The notes beneath the pieces were generated by a model. It was not told where the DNA came from. It saw only the letters and a list, made by a program, of their open reading frames with translations, and made no database searches. DNA of 64,000 bases from Ascidiella aspersa (lineage: Eukaryota). The translations under genes and the position numbers were made by a program. Numbering within the stretch: the stretch's first letter is position 1; every line of letters starts with the position of its first letter. Location: contig OZ004612.1 of assembly GCA_963924565.1 (NCBI GenBank), forward strand, positions 7,130,001 to 7,194,000, written 5' to 3'. Below are positions 41,501 to 52,400 of the stretch, piece by piece.

Positions 41501-44500
41501 AGTTGTTGTAGATGTTGGTTTAGGAGTTATTGTACGAGTTGTTGTTGTTGTTGATGGTTTAGGAGTTGTTGTAGAAGTTGGTTTAGGAGTTGTTGTAGAA
41601 GTTGGTTTAGGAGTTGTTGTAGACGTTGGTTTAAGAGTTGTTGTAGATGTTGGTTTAGGAGTTATTGTACGAGTTGTTGTTGTTGTTGATGGTTTAGGAG
41701 TTGTTGTAGAAGTTGGTTTAGGAGTTGTTGTAGGAGTTGTTTCTGGAGTTGGCGTAGGGGCAGTTGTTGTAGCAGTTGTTGCAGTAGTTGTTGTAGGATT
41801 TGTTGTAGTTGATGTACGAGTTGTTGTAGGAGTTGTTTCTGGAGTAGGGGTGGGTGCTGCAGCTGTTGTAGGAGTTGTAGCAGAAGTTGTAGTAGTTGAT
41901 GGAGTAGTTGATGTAGTAGCTGATGTAGGAGTTGTTGTAGGAGTTGTTATAGTTGTTGTAGGAGTTGTTGTAGCAGTTGTTTCTGGAGTAGGCGTAGGGG
42001 GTGTTGCAGCTGTTGTTGGAGTTGTTGTGCGAGTTGTTGTTGGTGCAGTTGGGTTAGAGTTATTTACTGACGTTGAACGATTGTAGGTGATGTACGTTGC
42101 TGAAGTAAACAGATTCAATATCGTCTTTATCAATTTAATAAAAAGCATTATAAAAGGTGGCTTTAAATAATGTGAACTGAGTTAAACCTTGTCGACCCGC
42201 CTTAACAAATATTAATTAAGTTTAGATCTATTTAAACACAACCTAAAACGTTTTACCTATCGTTTTATCTGCTGAAAAATCAACACAATACACTGACCAT
42301 TAAAAGAGCAGGCGAAGTGTTGATTGAAAGTGCACCGCTGGTTGTTCCACTTCCACTTAAAGCCGTACCTCATTGCAACGCAAACCTCGCCACTCAATGT
42401 AGAAGGCTTGCCGTTGGCCCAGTCGGTAAAGGTTGGATGCGAACCGTCTAACCAACGATATTTGGTTGGATCCCCAGGGCTGAATCTGGTATGCAAGCCT
42501 GATGAAATACAAGTGGGTGCGCATGGTTAGCGGTTGTATATTGAGTTTACAAGTTTAACACGCCATCGTTGTACGTCGAATATCGGAGGAAATTGAAGTG
42601 TATCCTTCCAGCTTATGGGGCACATAATTTCATGCAAAATGTAGTTTACATAAAATTGTAATTATTAGAAAGAATTATTTAGCACCGAAACAATTTAGGA
42701 GAATTTTTTTAGGGTTAGACCCTTGGAAACAAAATGTGGCAAACAAAATTTCCCACTTTAAAAAACACTTTTTACTTAATAAATATTTACTTATAGGTAT
42801 GAGTGAGCAAAAAGAAATATTTCATCCTAAACTTGTTATGCTGCGAATAGCACTTTTCAAACTATAATTTATACATTGCTTACTGGGTAGCCCTTTTTGT
42901 TCGTGACAGGAGCTGCCCACCTAATATTAATAAATCGTAATAAGTTCACCTATCCAGCCTGAAGCGTACGACGGTGTGGGCTTGCTTATTGACTTGTCGA
43001 TCACGCATTTAAGGTTTTCTCCCTCTCGACTTGTTCTGACCACTGCCAGTTGACCGTTCATCAATGCACAAGCCCACCCTGCATCCGCAAAGTTTTTTCC
43101 GTAACGAATGGCGTACAATGTAATTGGGTCTTGATCTACAAGACAACAAAATGTACTGTTCACCTTGGACACTGTATAACAAGGAATAATATCTACCACT
43201 AACGACACTTTGAATTAAATTCAACCTAAAAAACGGCTTAACGATGTTTATATAAAGTGGTGGTTTCACCTGTCATCTTATATTTCTTAAAGTAAAACAT
43301 ATAATGGCCTAAAGACAATTTAAAATACAAACAAACGATAATTTGACAGATTTTTAATAGTGAATTGTATAGCAAATGTAAACTCTTTTTCAAACAACAA
43401 ATACTTTTATCATTAGTTATATTTAGTCACCGTTTTTCGTGTCTAATTAATTGCAGAGACAATTTGAACATATGACACATTTAAATTTATCTTTATTTTT
43501 TGCCGTTTTGCGAAAACACATATAAATTGTCACAGCGTTGTCCTAAAAATATGTATTATAGTATTCAATTATACCGGAATAATTCGAACTTCCATATTTT
43601 CCGCAAACAATAATCTTCCATCGGTCGATATGGTGAAAAGGTCCTGTTCGGAAAATCAAACTAAAATATAACTTGTGAAAAAATGCATAATCAAAAGGGC
43701 TTCTTTTTCAAAACAAAAAATCAAATAAAAATATATATTGCTTACATGACAGTTTTGTGGTTAGTGTTTAAAAGCATATATCTTGTTGACACGATCATCG
43801 TAATAATAGCAACGTACCTCCATTTACAACGAAAGTTCCGTTGGCCAGTTCGTTCACAGATATCCCGGTTGGGGAGTTGACTGTTTCTTAATCAAATAAG
43901 CATTGTGATAAGATTACATGTGATAAGTTCACGTACATCGGCACTCTATATACAAGTGCTTTAATAACTTAATTTCTTAAGTAACTGCTTTCAAATGAAT
44001 TTGCACAACTGTAGTCTTTTCGGCAAAATGACTTGATTTTGACTCCACTGAACTTTAGGCGAATTACTTATAAATATTCTTAGGTTTTTATTTAAATCAT
44101 TTTTGTTAAAAAATGGTTTGTTCAGTTTGTAGACGTAAAAAGTTGCTTGCTATTAGTTATACGTTTTTGTTGTGCTTGCTATGTAAAATAATTCTTGGAA
44201 AGAGTGAATTTTATAGGTTTAATACTTCAACGTTTATTTGATGTCAATGACTTGACTTGCAATTGAATTGTTATTAAAATGACTTTGACTTTGACTTGAC
44301 ATGTGCAACTAATAGCTTGGACTGGGACTTGACTTTATTAAAAAGGACTTGATTTGAACTTAAGTTAATTTTCAAATAACTTCGCTGATATTTTAAATAT
44401 TTTGAAATTAATTCTCACAACTATACAGGCCGGCATAAAAAATCTCGAAATGCCACAACTCAAAAGCCTCTATGGTAATAAAGTATCAATGTATTACAAA

Positions 44501-44661
44501 TAAAAATGCAGATTTATTCTCACGAACATAGAATACGGCTAATAGTATAATCATTTATCATGACTAATTGCAACAGAATCACCTGTATTTGCAGTACTTC
44601 CATTGATAGCCGACGTTAGACAGAACAGAGCAAATAAAACAGCTTTGTAACTAAACATCAT
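32568..44661 (-). CDS. Adhesion GPCR B: signal peptide - CTLD - long mucin stalk - GAIN/GPS - 7TM (ADGRG-like TM region), about 1135 aa
   Basis: 18 phase-compatible exons: 44661-44583 (MMFSYKAVLFALFCLTSAING), 43880-43818, 43135-42950, 42498-42298, 42099-41098, 40922(or 40940)-40907, 40508-40439, 40205-40071, 39419-39237, 38600-38382, 37778-37650, 36581-36444 (GPS CVSWNYSTQSWSSQGC...CKCDHMTNFALLV), 36222-36113 (TM1), 35827-35620 (TM2-3), 35043-34935 (TM4), 34844-34681 (CWI, TM5), 34042-33872 (TM6-7), 32792-32568 (stop). 3408 nt, no internal stop. Confidence 0.88.
33542..33851. mobile_element. hAT-like MITE, family 1 (CAGGGGTTCTTAAAC TIR)
   Basis: Ends CAGGGGTTTTTAACA / AGTTTAAGAACCTCT; 3' part GGACCCC...GGTCCATGGACCCCAGTTTAAGAACC shared with copies at 45999 and 62303. 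Confidence 0.7.
36444..36581 (-). CDS. aGPCR B GPS exon (predicted HM|T autoproteolysis site and tethered-agonist start TNFALLV)
   Basis: Canonical four-Cys, two-Trp GPS pattern. Confidence 0.93.
36789..36870 (-). mobile_element. tRNA-derived SINE-like copy (degenerate)
   Basis: Aligns by eye with 38879-38960 (AGAAAAACAACTA...GAGGTT.AA...GGGACCGTCGC...AACT.AGCTA..CAG). Confidence 0.55.
38879..38960 (-). mobile_element. tRNA-derived SINE-like element or tRNA pseudogene
   Basis: Minus strand TGTAGCTCAGTTAGTAGAGCGACGGTCCC...GAGTTTGAACCTC shows Pol III A-box and B-box-like motifs followed by a T-rich tract; no proper anticodon arm. Confidence 0.62.
41098..42099 (-). CDS. aGPCR B mucin-like Thr/Pro stalk exon (1002 nt)
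   Basis: Phase 1-1 exon inside ORF 41051..42148; PKPTSTTT repeats. Confidence 0.9.
41349..41730. repeat. Coding 24-nt tandem repeat (PKPTSTTT) containing a 135-nt higher-order duplication
   Basis: GGTTTAGGAGTTGTTGTAGAAGTT units; the 45-aa block PKPSTTTTTRTIT-PKPTSTTT-LKPTSTTT-PKPTSTTT-PKPTSTTT occurs twice. Confidence 0.9.
42298..43135 (-). CDS. aGPCR B C-type lectin domain (exons 43135-42950 and 42498-42298)
   Basis: NFADAGWAC...GQLAVV...WIGL...YRWLDGS...WANGKPS...VCV...WNNQRC...FAC. Confidence 0.9.
44012..44365. repeat. Old GACTT-repeat-rich dispersed element
   Basis: Clusters of GACTT/GACTTGACTT; similar tracts at about 2135-2240 and, inverted (AAGTC), at about 50777-50993. Confidence 0.5.
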
Positions 44662-45998
44662 GAGCGATGTATAACCTACACTTATTACAAATAGTTTACC
44701 CTATCGCAGGTTATTAACTGACTAGCTCAATATAAAAATCGCACATTAACCAATAAGTAAAAAATTGTATAAATTTTATAGATAAACAGAAACAATCACA
44801 CAAATGATTTGACTATTAAAATTTGAATTTATTCTCTGTGCAACGTTGGTCTATAATAATCCTTCTCGACCTATTTTAACATTGTTAATGCTGGTAGGCC
44901 ACACTTGTGTGATATGCTCACATAACAACTTGGATATTTGGTACTAATTTCTCCTTTATACAGCCCAACTTAATTTCGAAATACAGCACTGGGTTATCCG
45001 CGATTATAGAGTTTACAAAATTATAAGATTATGGTTTATATAGCCCTACGTCATTTCAACCCAAACTAAATTCAATCAAACTATGAGTTTATTGCTGACT
45101 AAATACGTAACAAAGTTAAAGACTCAATCAACCTGCGCTTGACAAATAACTGAGCGCGATTTTAGTTCGACTTCCTAAAACCATTCTTTAATGACAGGAT
45201 TGATACATTAGATACTTCCTCTAAGCGTACAACCCAATAACAAGCAGATTTACGTGGTTTTCGTTAAATTATGAACTGCTCACCACAACTAACATTTCAG
45301 CCATAACGTTGACGTAAATATACGAAGAATGTTTTTATCTTTGTAATTTACGTATTTAAGGGGATCTTTGTCATTTAAACAGGAACAGATTGTGAAACAA
45401 AATCAACGAAATCGTATAATGGCAAAATATATTGATGAAATTACATCACGTCACAATATTATCGTTTTGGCTGTAACGTATCACAATTCCATATGTAAGA
45501 ATTGACGATTAGAATTCAACAAATTCAAAGTCTAAAACTATATTTTTCAAATACATTTCAACAAATTATTTTAAACTTGCATTAAACATTTTGTTATATA
45601 TTTTATCATGGTATATGTAATATCAGGCAGATATCATTGGAAATAATAAGCCACATCAATGAGACGTATTGAAAAACTAAATATTCGGAAATAAAACTGT
45701 CTCTTAGCGTTGTGGAAATGAGACAAATATACTGGTCGATTAATTATAATTAACAAATAAACTTTTATGTAAACATATATAATACATTTATAAGGTGCAT
45801 CTTAAAAATTTGAAGAAAACATTAGTAGTGGTATTAGTATTATTGACGTTGACATACGTCGTGCAAGATCTGGACGGCATAAAAAGGGGCCTTAAGCTTT
45901 TCTAATTACATTTTCTTTTCTAGTGGCTTAAAAGGGCCAAATAAAGCACTACCAATTAGGCATTTAAAAAAATGAAATATGTTGTTATTGACCTAAAG

Positions 45999-46281
45999 CA
46001 GGGGTTGTCAATTATTTTAAACGCGCACCTCTAAAAACATATTTCGTCACACATTGACGTCATAAACCAAGGAATCTGGTGTTATCGGTTCTAATAATAG
46101 AATATTAAAATAAGGTCTAAATGAATTCAAGGAGAAGGTGTCGTTGCGTTTTGGTTAATATCTATTCTTGCGAAAATGCATTCCATCTTTTCAATATTAT
46201 ACTAATGTATCAACTAGGCCTTCGTTGTCCCCTAAAACTAGCCTGCCAAGTGGTCCACCGACCCCAGTTTAAGAACCCCTG
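45999..46281. mobile_element. hAT-like MITE related to family 1
   Basis: Ends CAGGGGTTGTCAA / TTAAGAACCCCTG; lies about 140 nt downstream of the gene C stop codon. Confidence 0.6.
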
Positions 46282-46420
46282 ATCTGGATGTCTAGAAGGT
46301 GGGGATGTTTGCCCTGGTAACTTCGAACCCGAATAAAAACCAAATGTCCAACCCGATTAGCTGCAAGGTATATGACTTTTGTTGGTCAACATTTTTGCCC
46401 ATCGAGCCTGGCTGTGTTCA

Positions 46421-49400
46421 TTAGGCCGGAGTCAAGAGTGTCCCACTTTTTATGTCGGATGTTCCTTTTCCCGTCTCTTGGGGAGTGCCGGAGGTTGCTG
46501 TTCTTTCGCCGATCGCCTTTCTCCGGTTTGCACAACATATGACGTCACGAATAGGTGGCCACCACGTCAGTTTGACGTCACCTCGACGGACACAGGTCAG
46601 CACGAATATGCACAAACCCTAGGTTGAAAAAACAAAGTTAAAAACTTTAATTCTAACTTACATCCCTTTTACACTGTGTATATCTATAGATTTGTTCACA
46701 TTCATTAAGCACCGTATCAATTAGTTTACAGTGCCCTAAGAACATACACTGATCTGTTGGAAAATATTTCACTTCCAAAAGCACAATGGGACTCAATTGT
46801 CGTTTCGATATTAGCAATCCAGTTCAACTTCAGTAAACTTTTGAAAAATCTCAAGGAATAGTATGTTGTGTTCGTGCAAGTAGTCAATAACAGTTAGCAG
46901 TAGGCCTATAGAGCCGAAATGGTTAAAGTGTGATGGTGTTTTGAATAGCGAGGTTTCAGTTTTGTCCTAACTAGAGAATTAAGCTTATCATAGCGTTACC
47001 ACGTTGTGTTTTTGTCGTTTCTCAAATGTGTTCGCGTCAATTACTCAAACCTTTTGTACAAAACAAAAGTTGTCCGCCAGTTGTGTACACAATTGCTCCC
47101 AAGAATATGCAACTCAGTCAGCAGAGCGACGGACCCAAAATGGTCGAGACCCTGAGTTCGAATCTTAACGCAAGATCTCTTTTTTAAGATCCCTTACTTG
47201 CATATAAATCGTATATGCCAAACTGATTTCGACTCTAACCCTACTTTACGATGCGGTATTATTTTGTATTACAATCAGAATACTTCCCAAAATATGTTCG
47301 ACGACCAGTCACGTAATCGGTATACCGAAGTAAAAGGATGTCCATTTATGAAAATCAAAGAGCAAGCGTAATCTAATATGGTTACCTGCGTGCCAGCCAG
47401 TATAGCGAAAATCCAACTCATTGCTCTGAGATAAGTTGGATCTTTCGAAAGCATCATCAAATATGCGAATATCCACACCAGACCAAGGGTGCTTGCAATG
47501 GTAGCCGCAATGGCCAAGTGATCTCTATTTCGAGGCCTTTTCGTTGTAGAACGAACCTGACAAAACAAACCGGCTCAATACCCTTTCCCATATTTTAGTT
47601 AGCATTGGAACACCAAATTCAACGATTGGTTGGTTAAGGAAGTTTTCGCCAATGACATTTTCACATGATATAATCGATTGTATGTCGGTCTCTCGTCACT
47701 TAATCTAAAACAAGTCATTGAAAAATTGGGACTTAAGTCAAGTAATAGGACACATATTGATATGACAAACCTATGCTTGAAAAAAAAATGAAATACCCAT
47801 TCACAGGGGTACGGTATAAACAAAATCTAACATTGCACTTGAATTTTGTAAAGCAAACATGTTTTTCAGTGGCTTTAGAAATAATTATTTGCCGTAATCA
47901 TTCCGAGTTAACCCATAGTAATTGATTTAAACCTAAAACTGTGTGACCGAAAATAAACCAGTAGGGTTTAATTACATTTGTAATTACTTTAAAAAATTAA
48001 ATTTGGTTCAGCTAAATGTGACAGAAACATTTTATTTTGGTTCTCTACATAGCTTATACGATACGGGAAAATATCCACAAAAAACAGGGATGTAACAGGC
48101 ATAGATCTTTATCATCACAAAAAACTCGTAAAAAAAAAGCTTAGCGAAGCCGAGAGTTTGTTGTATATCCATATACAGAGATAGATAAATCTTACCTTCT
48201 CCGACTTGGATAGCAAACTTCTGAAAACCAGGCCAAACATGACTATGTTAAAAAGAAGCATCAGCCCAATTGGAAGCAAGAAGCCAACGTAGAGGTAATT
48301 TCCTTCGATCCAGCACATGTTGGAAGCCAAAAGATTACGAGGAAAAGGAACAAAAGGATCTTTAAAGACAAAGGATACTTTCTATGGACTTTGTGATAAT
48401 ACACACACTCATTAGTTATCTTCAGGGAGTTCTGATAATATCAGATTGGAGCTGATGGGAGATGCCATATGGTATAATATTGGTATATTGGTGCTATCGT
48501 TGCCGTTTTGATAGAAAATTGTGATTTTCAGCCATGATTAGCGATTCCACCTTGAAAGGTTAATTTATCAAAACACAACTTGTTATCAACTAAATGTAAC
48601 TAAAGTCTAGCGCCAAAACAAGTTTTAGCATAATAAACTTTTTGACGTTTTGATTTCCTCTAGTGTTATTTTTGGGGTATACTTCTGACATATTTAACTA
48701 AACCACGTGTATAGAGCTGGTTGTTTTTTGAACTTTCAAATTAAAGGACTTATGTGCTGTATACAGTTGACTGGTGCTTGTGGTATTTTTACAATAAGAT
48801 ATTGAAACGATTGTTCAGTGCTAACCAAAATCATACGCTGATTAGATTGTAAAGCAGACAGAAACCAATTTTAACCTAGTCTATATAGTGCGTAAGTACA
48901 CGCCGTGATAAACTAGGACTGCAACTCTAACTTACAAATGTAAAGAATGTGGAAAGTGTTTTAGCCGGACGTCAAATCTTAATCTACACAAAAAACTCAC
49001 TCTCATGAAGAAACACTTTAAATCAAATCTTGTGATTATACCTTGTATCGATATCGGAATGAATCTATTGGACATCCCTATTCACGGTGTCCTCTACCTA
49101 CCTTCTAACCCTTTGGCCACTCCAAGCGTTAAGACCACCACTAAAGCTGGACATCCGTACGAGAATAAGTAGGCCAGACGCAGATACATGCTTCCAAACA
49201 CGTTAAATACCTGTTGATTAAAACAAGTTCGATTGGGTTAACTTTTTTCTCTTTTTCTAAAGAACGATTAGTTTGAGCAATCGCAAAACACAGCAACGAT
49301 TCAAAAGTAGGTGGAAACTTATGAACAAAATTACCTTGACACGAAATTGGTGATATTTTAAACAACAATGAAAGAAAAGTTAGTATCGAACCAAATTCAG

Positions 49401-52400
49401 AGAGTTTCTCTTGTTACAAAATATGGGAAACAGATACTTTTTCTGATGGGATTTTTAATTACAATAAAGTTATTCCAGTTTTCTTCCGCGCTAAAAAACA
49501 CCAGCTTTATTAGAAACTTAAAATGTACGGATGACGCAGTATTGTCAATTAAAAAGCATGTTTAGGTTTACTTACCTGAACTATGGACCGAAAGAGAAAG
49601 TAGATGTATACCGCCATCCAGCACCAGGTGACCAGAAGAAAGTACTGCAGCAAGGTGGCGCCAAAGACGCACGCGATCGCTTGTGTTCGATGCTCGACCC
49701 CACAAAGAAAAACGATGTACGAAGCGGCGAGATTTAAACAAATGTTTATCAGGACTTTCATTGGTCCACGATGCCGGATACTTCTGCAAACCAAACGGAC
49801 GGTTTCTATTTTAAAAATTGTTTTAAATTCGCATTTTAATGACTTTTTTTTCTGCGCTTTATCAATCTTACAAAGACAAAGAACTTTCAAGACACATCAT
49901 TTTAAAAAAGTGTTCGACTCGTGTACAGAAATATCATATGAATAGATATATATATATTCATATTATTATCAGTTATATAAATCATATTGATAAAAAAACA
50001 AACTACATGGTGTTCTGAAGGTTACTTATTTATGACGTCACATTAAGCTGTAACTTTGTGACGTCACAGTTAAAAAACATTTCATGGCCTCCAACCAAAA
50101 AATCCTCTATCAGCGCCTTCCTGTGAGTTAGTATTTCAAGTTAACCTCTTGTAGATGGTTAAAGTTTGAGCGCCCACCCGCATTTATAACATCGCAGGTT
50201 TTTTGTTTCCTTACCGCGACTTTAGAAGAATGATTACGTTCAGCAGAAGACAGAAGACCGATAGAGAGCACAGAACAACGCTTGCTTTATCCAGTGCAAT
50301 GTCCGGTGCCACTTCGTACACCATCTGCAAGAAAAATACTAATGTTGGATGTTTGAAAAATAATCTTAAAGTGTGTTGTATAACCTAAGCATTTCGCCGA
50401 AGTTCACAGGTTTTTGCCTAAAGCGTAACTCGGTTACAAAGTCACCTTACTCGTAAAGGCACATGTGGTACATGAGGAAAATGCTAAATGAAATTATACG
50501 GATTAAACGTCATGCTAGTTATTTTTTCATATTAAACTGAAATGTATATTTGACAATTTGAAAGCGAATGGCGTAGTATTTAATTAAAATGGCGCAGCGT
50601 TCAATTAAGACCATTACATGGCCAATATCAAGTTAAAATTGCGCATTTAAATTCTTGGCTTGGGTAAAACTAAATCACTTACTCAAATAGAATATAATCC
50701 TTGACATTATTAAAAATCGTTTCTTATTACCACGCATATTTTAAACAGAGAAATGCTTTTTGGAAACGAGATAATCAGTGTTTGTTTGTAAAGACTCAAT
50801 CAAGTCATTTGCAAAATAACTATGGGTGCCAAGTCAAGTGTAAAAAAAGTCCAAAGTCAAGTCTAAGCTAAATCAGGAATAACTCAACAAGAAAATAACA
50901 GAAACCAAACAAAGAACGAAATATCTTAGTGACTGAGGTCCAAGGCAAGTTATTTATAAAGACTTCAGTCAAAAAGTCGTTTTACCGAAACTAAATACGT
51001 CACGACAAGTTATTTGATAAGAGCGACTTAAGCGCACTTTAATCAATTTAAGTAATTTACGTGTGTCAGGACAACAAAGGACATGGTCGACTTCGTAGAA
51101 CGTAATGCCTGCTAATTATTAAGTCTTACCATTAGCATGGCAAAGTTCGTCATATGGTTACATTTGCAGACAGGAGGGTTGGAATTTTCCACCAAGTGGC
51201 AGCCTTGTCCTGACCAAGACCCAGTGCTGTAGTTCCAAGCTACGCAAGTCTGGTTCACGTAAACAGCCTGAAAAAAATTTGGTTTGTGGAACACGCACTT
51301 TTAAAAAGTAATGTTTACCAAACCCATTGCCTGTATATTCTACTGTATTTTTCAGGGCGCTACAAGTTAAACAGAAAATAAAGTAAGTCATCATGGTCAC
51401 GGTATGAATACGCCCTTTGGGGTCTATGTGTCCCTTTTTTGCAGGATTTATTACTTACATTTTCAGGGGGGAATTCGGTCAATATATGTTTTTACATCTA
51501 AACATCAAGTTAGTTTAAGGCTATACATACATAACAAATTAAAATAAAAATTGACGCACAATTATACGAAAAAGTAATATGTTATTGCTATTAAACTATG
51601 GCAATCCTACTTTCAAAGTTGAGTCGTTTTGTTTCTTTCCAGCGCTTGTATTAATGTAGGAGTGAACAACCGTTACAGGTGTCTTCAGGTTGCTGACATG
51701 TTTGATGCCTGATTTCTTTCCAACGCTTGCTGAGACAACCTACACGAATTGAGGATGTGGTTTACCGGTTCAATAACATCATGTTAATTGAAAACTTTGA
51801 AATCGTTTACTTTGGTAGAGTTTTTTTACTAAAAAGTAAAATAATATATATATATATATATATATATAATTATCACGTATCTGTACTAAGTAAAAGGTCT
51901 CGCAATTTCGACCTGTCGGTAAAAACTTAATACCAAAGAAAATCATCCGATGAATAAATGTTAAAGCTAGACTGCTTTTTAAATCCTAAAAGACTTGCCG
52001 TTCATGAAAAGCATTAGACGCAAAGAAGTGCTTGTGAAACTTACAAATTCCATTGCAGTCTTTTTTTGAGATCGAAACATGGTTGTATTTTGATACAGGA
52101 CAAACACAGTTCTAGCAAGGCACTGGCCAGTGATGCCGTTTTGACAATTAGCGCCTTCTACTTGCTTAAGTGCTTCCAGGGGAACTACAACTGTGACTGG
52201 GTTAGGTTGCATTGTGTGGTTGATAAGTGGCCTGTAGACCAAGCTTGAGTTTGGGCTCATTTCATCCTTGATCTATCAATGTAAATGTACCACAAAAATG
52301 ATCTTTAAACTGCATTATACACTGTGGAGTTTTGATAGGTAAATGGTATATTGTCGTAACCCTTATAACTTATGTAACATCAATTAACAAATCAATAACA

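Noticed and set aside
41142-42086. 314-aa Val/Gly-rich plus-strand ORF
   Set aside because: Antisense shadow of the Thr/Pro mucin exon; repeats lack stops by composition.
51846-51868. (TA)n microsatellites here and near 21733, 31414 and 54223
   Set aside because: Ordinary short simple repeats.
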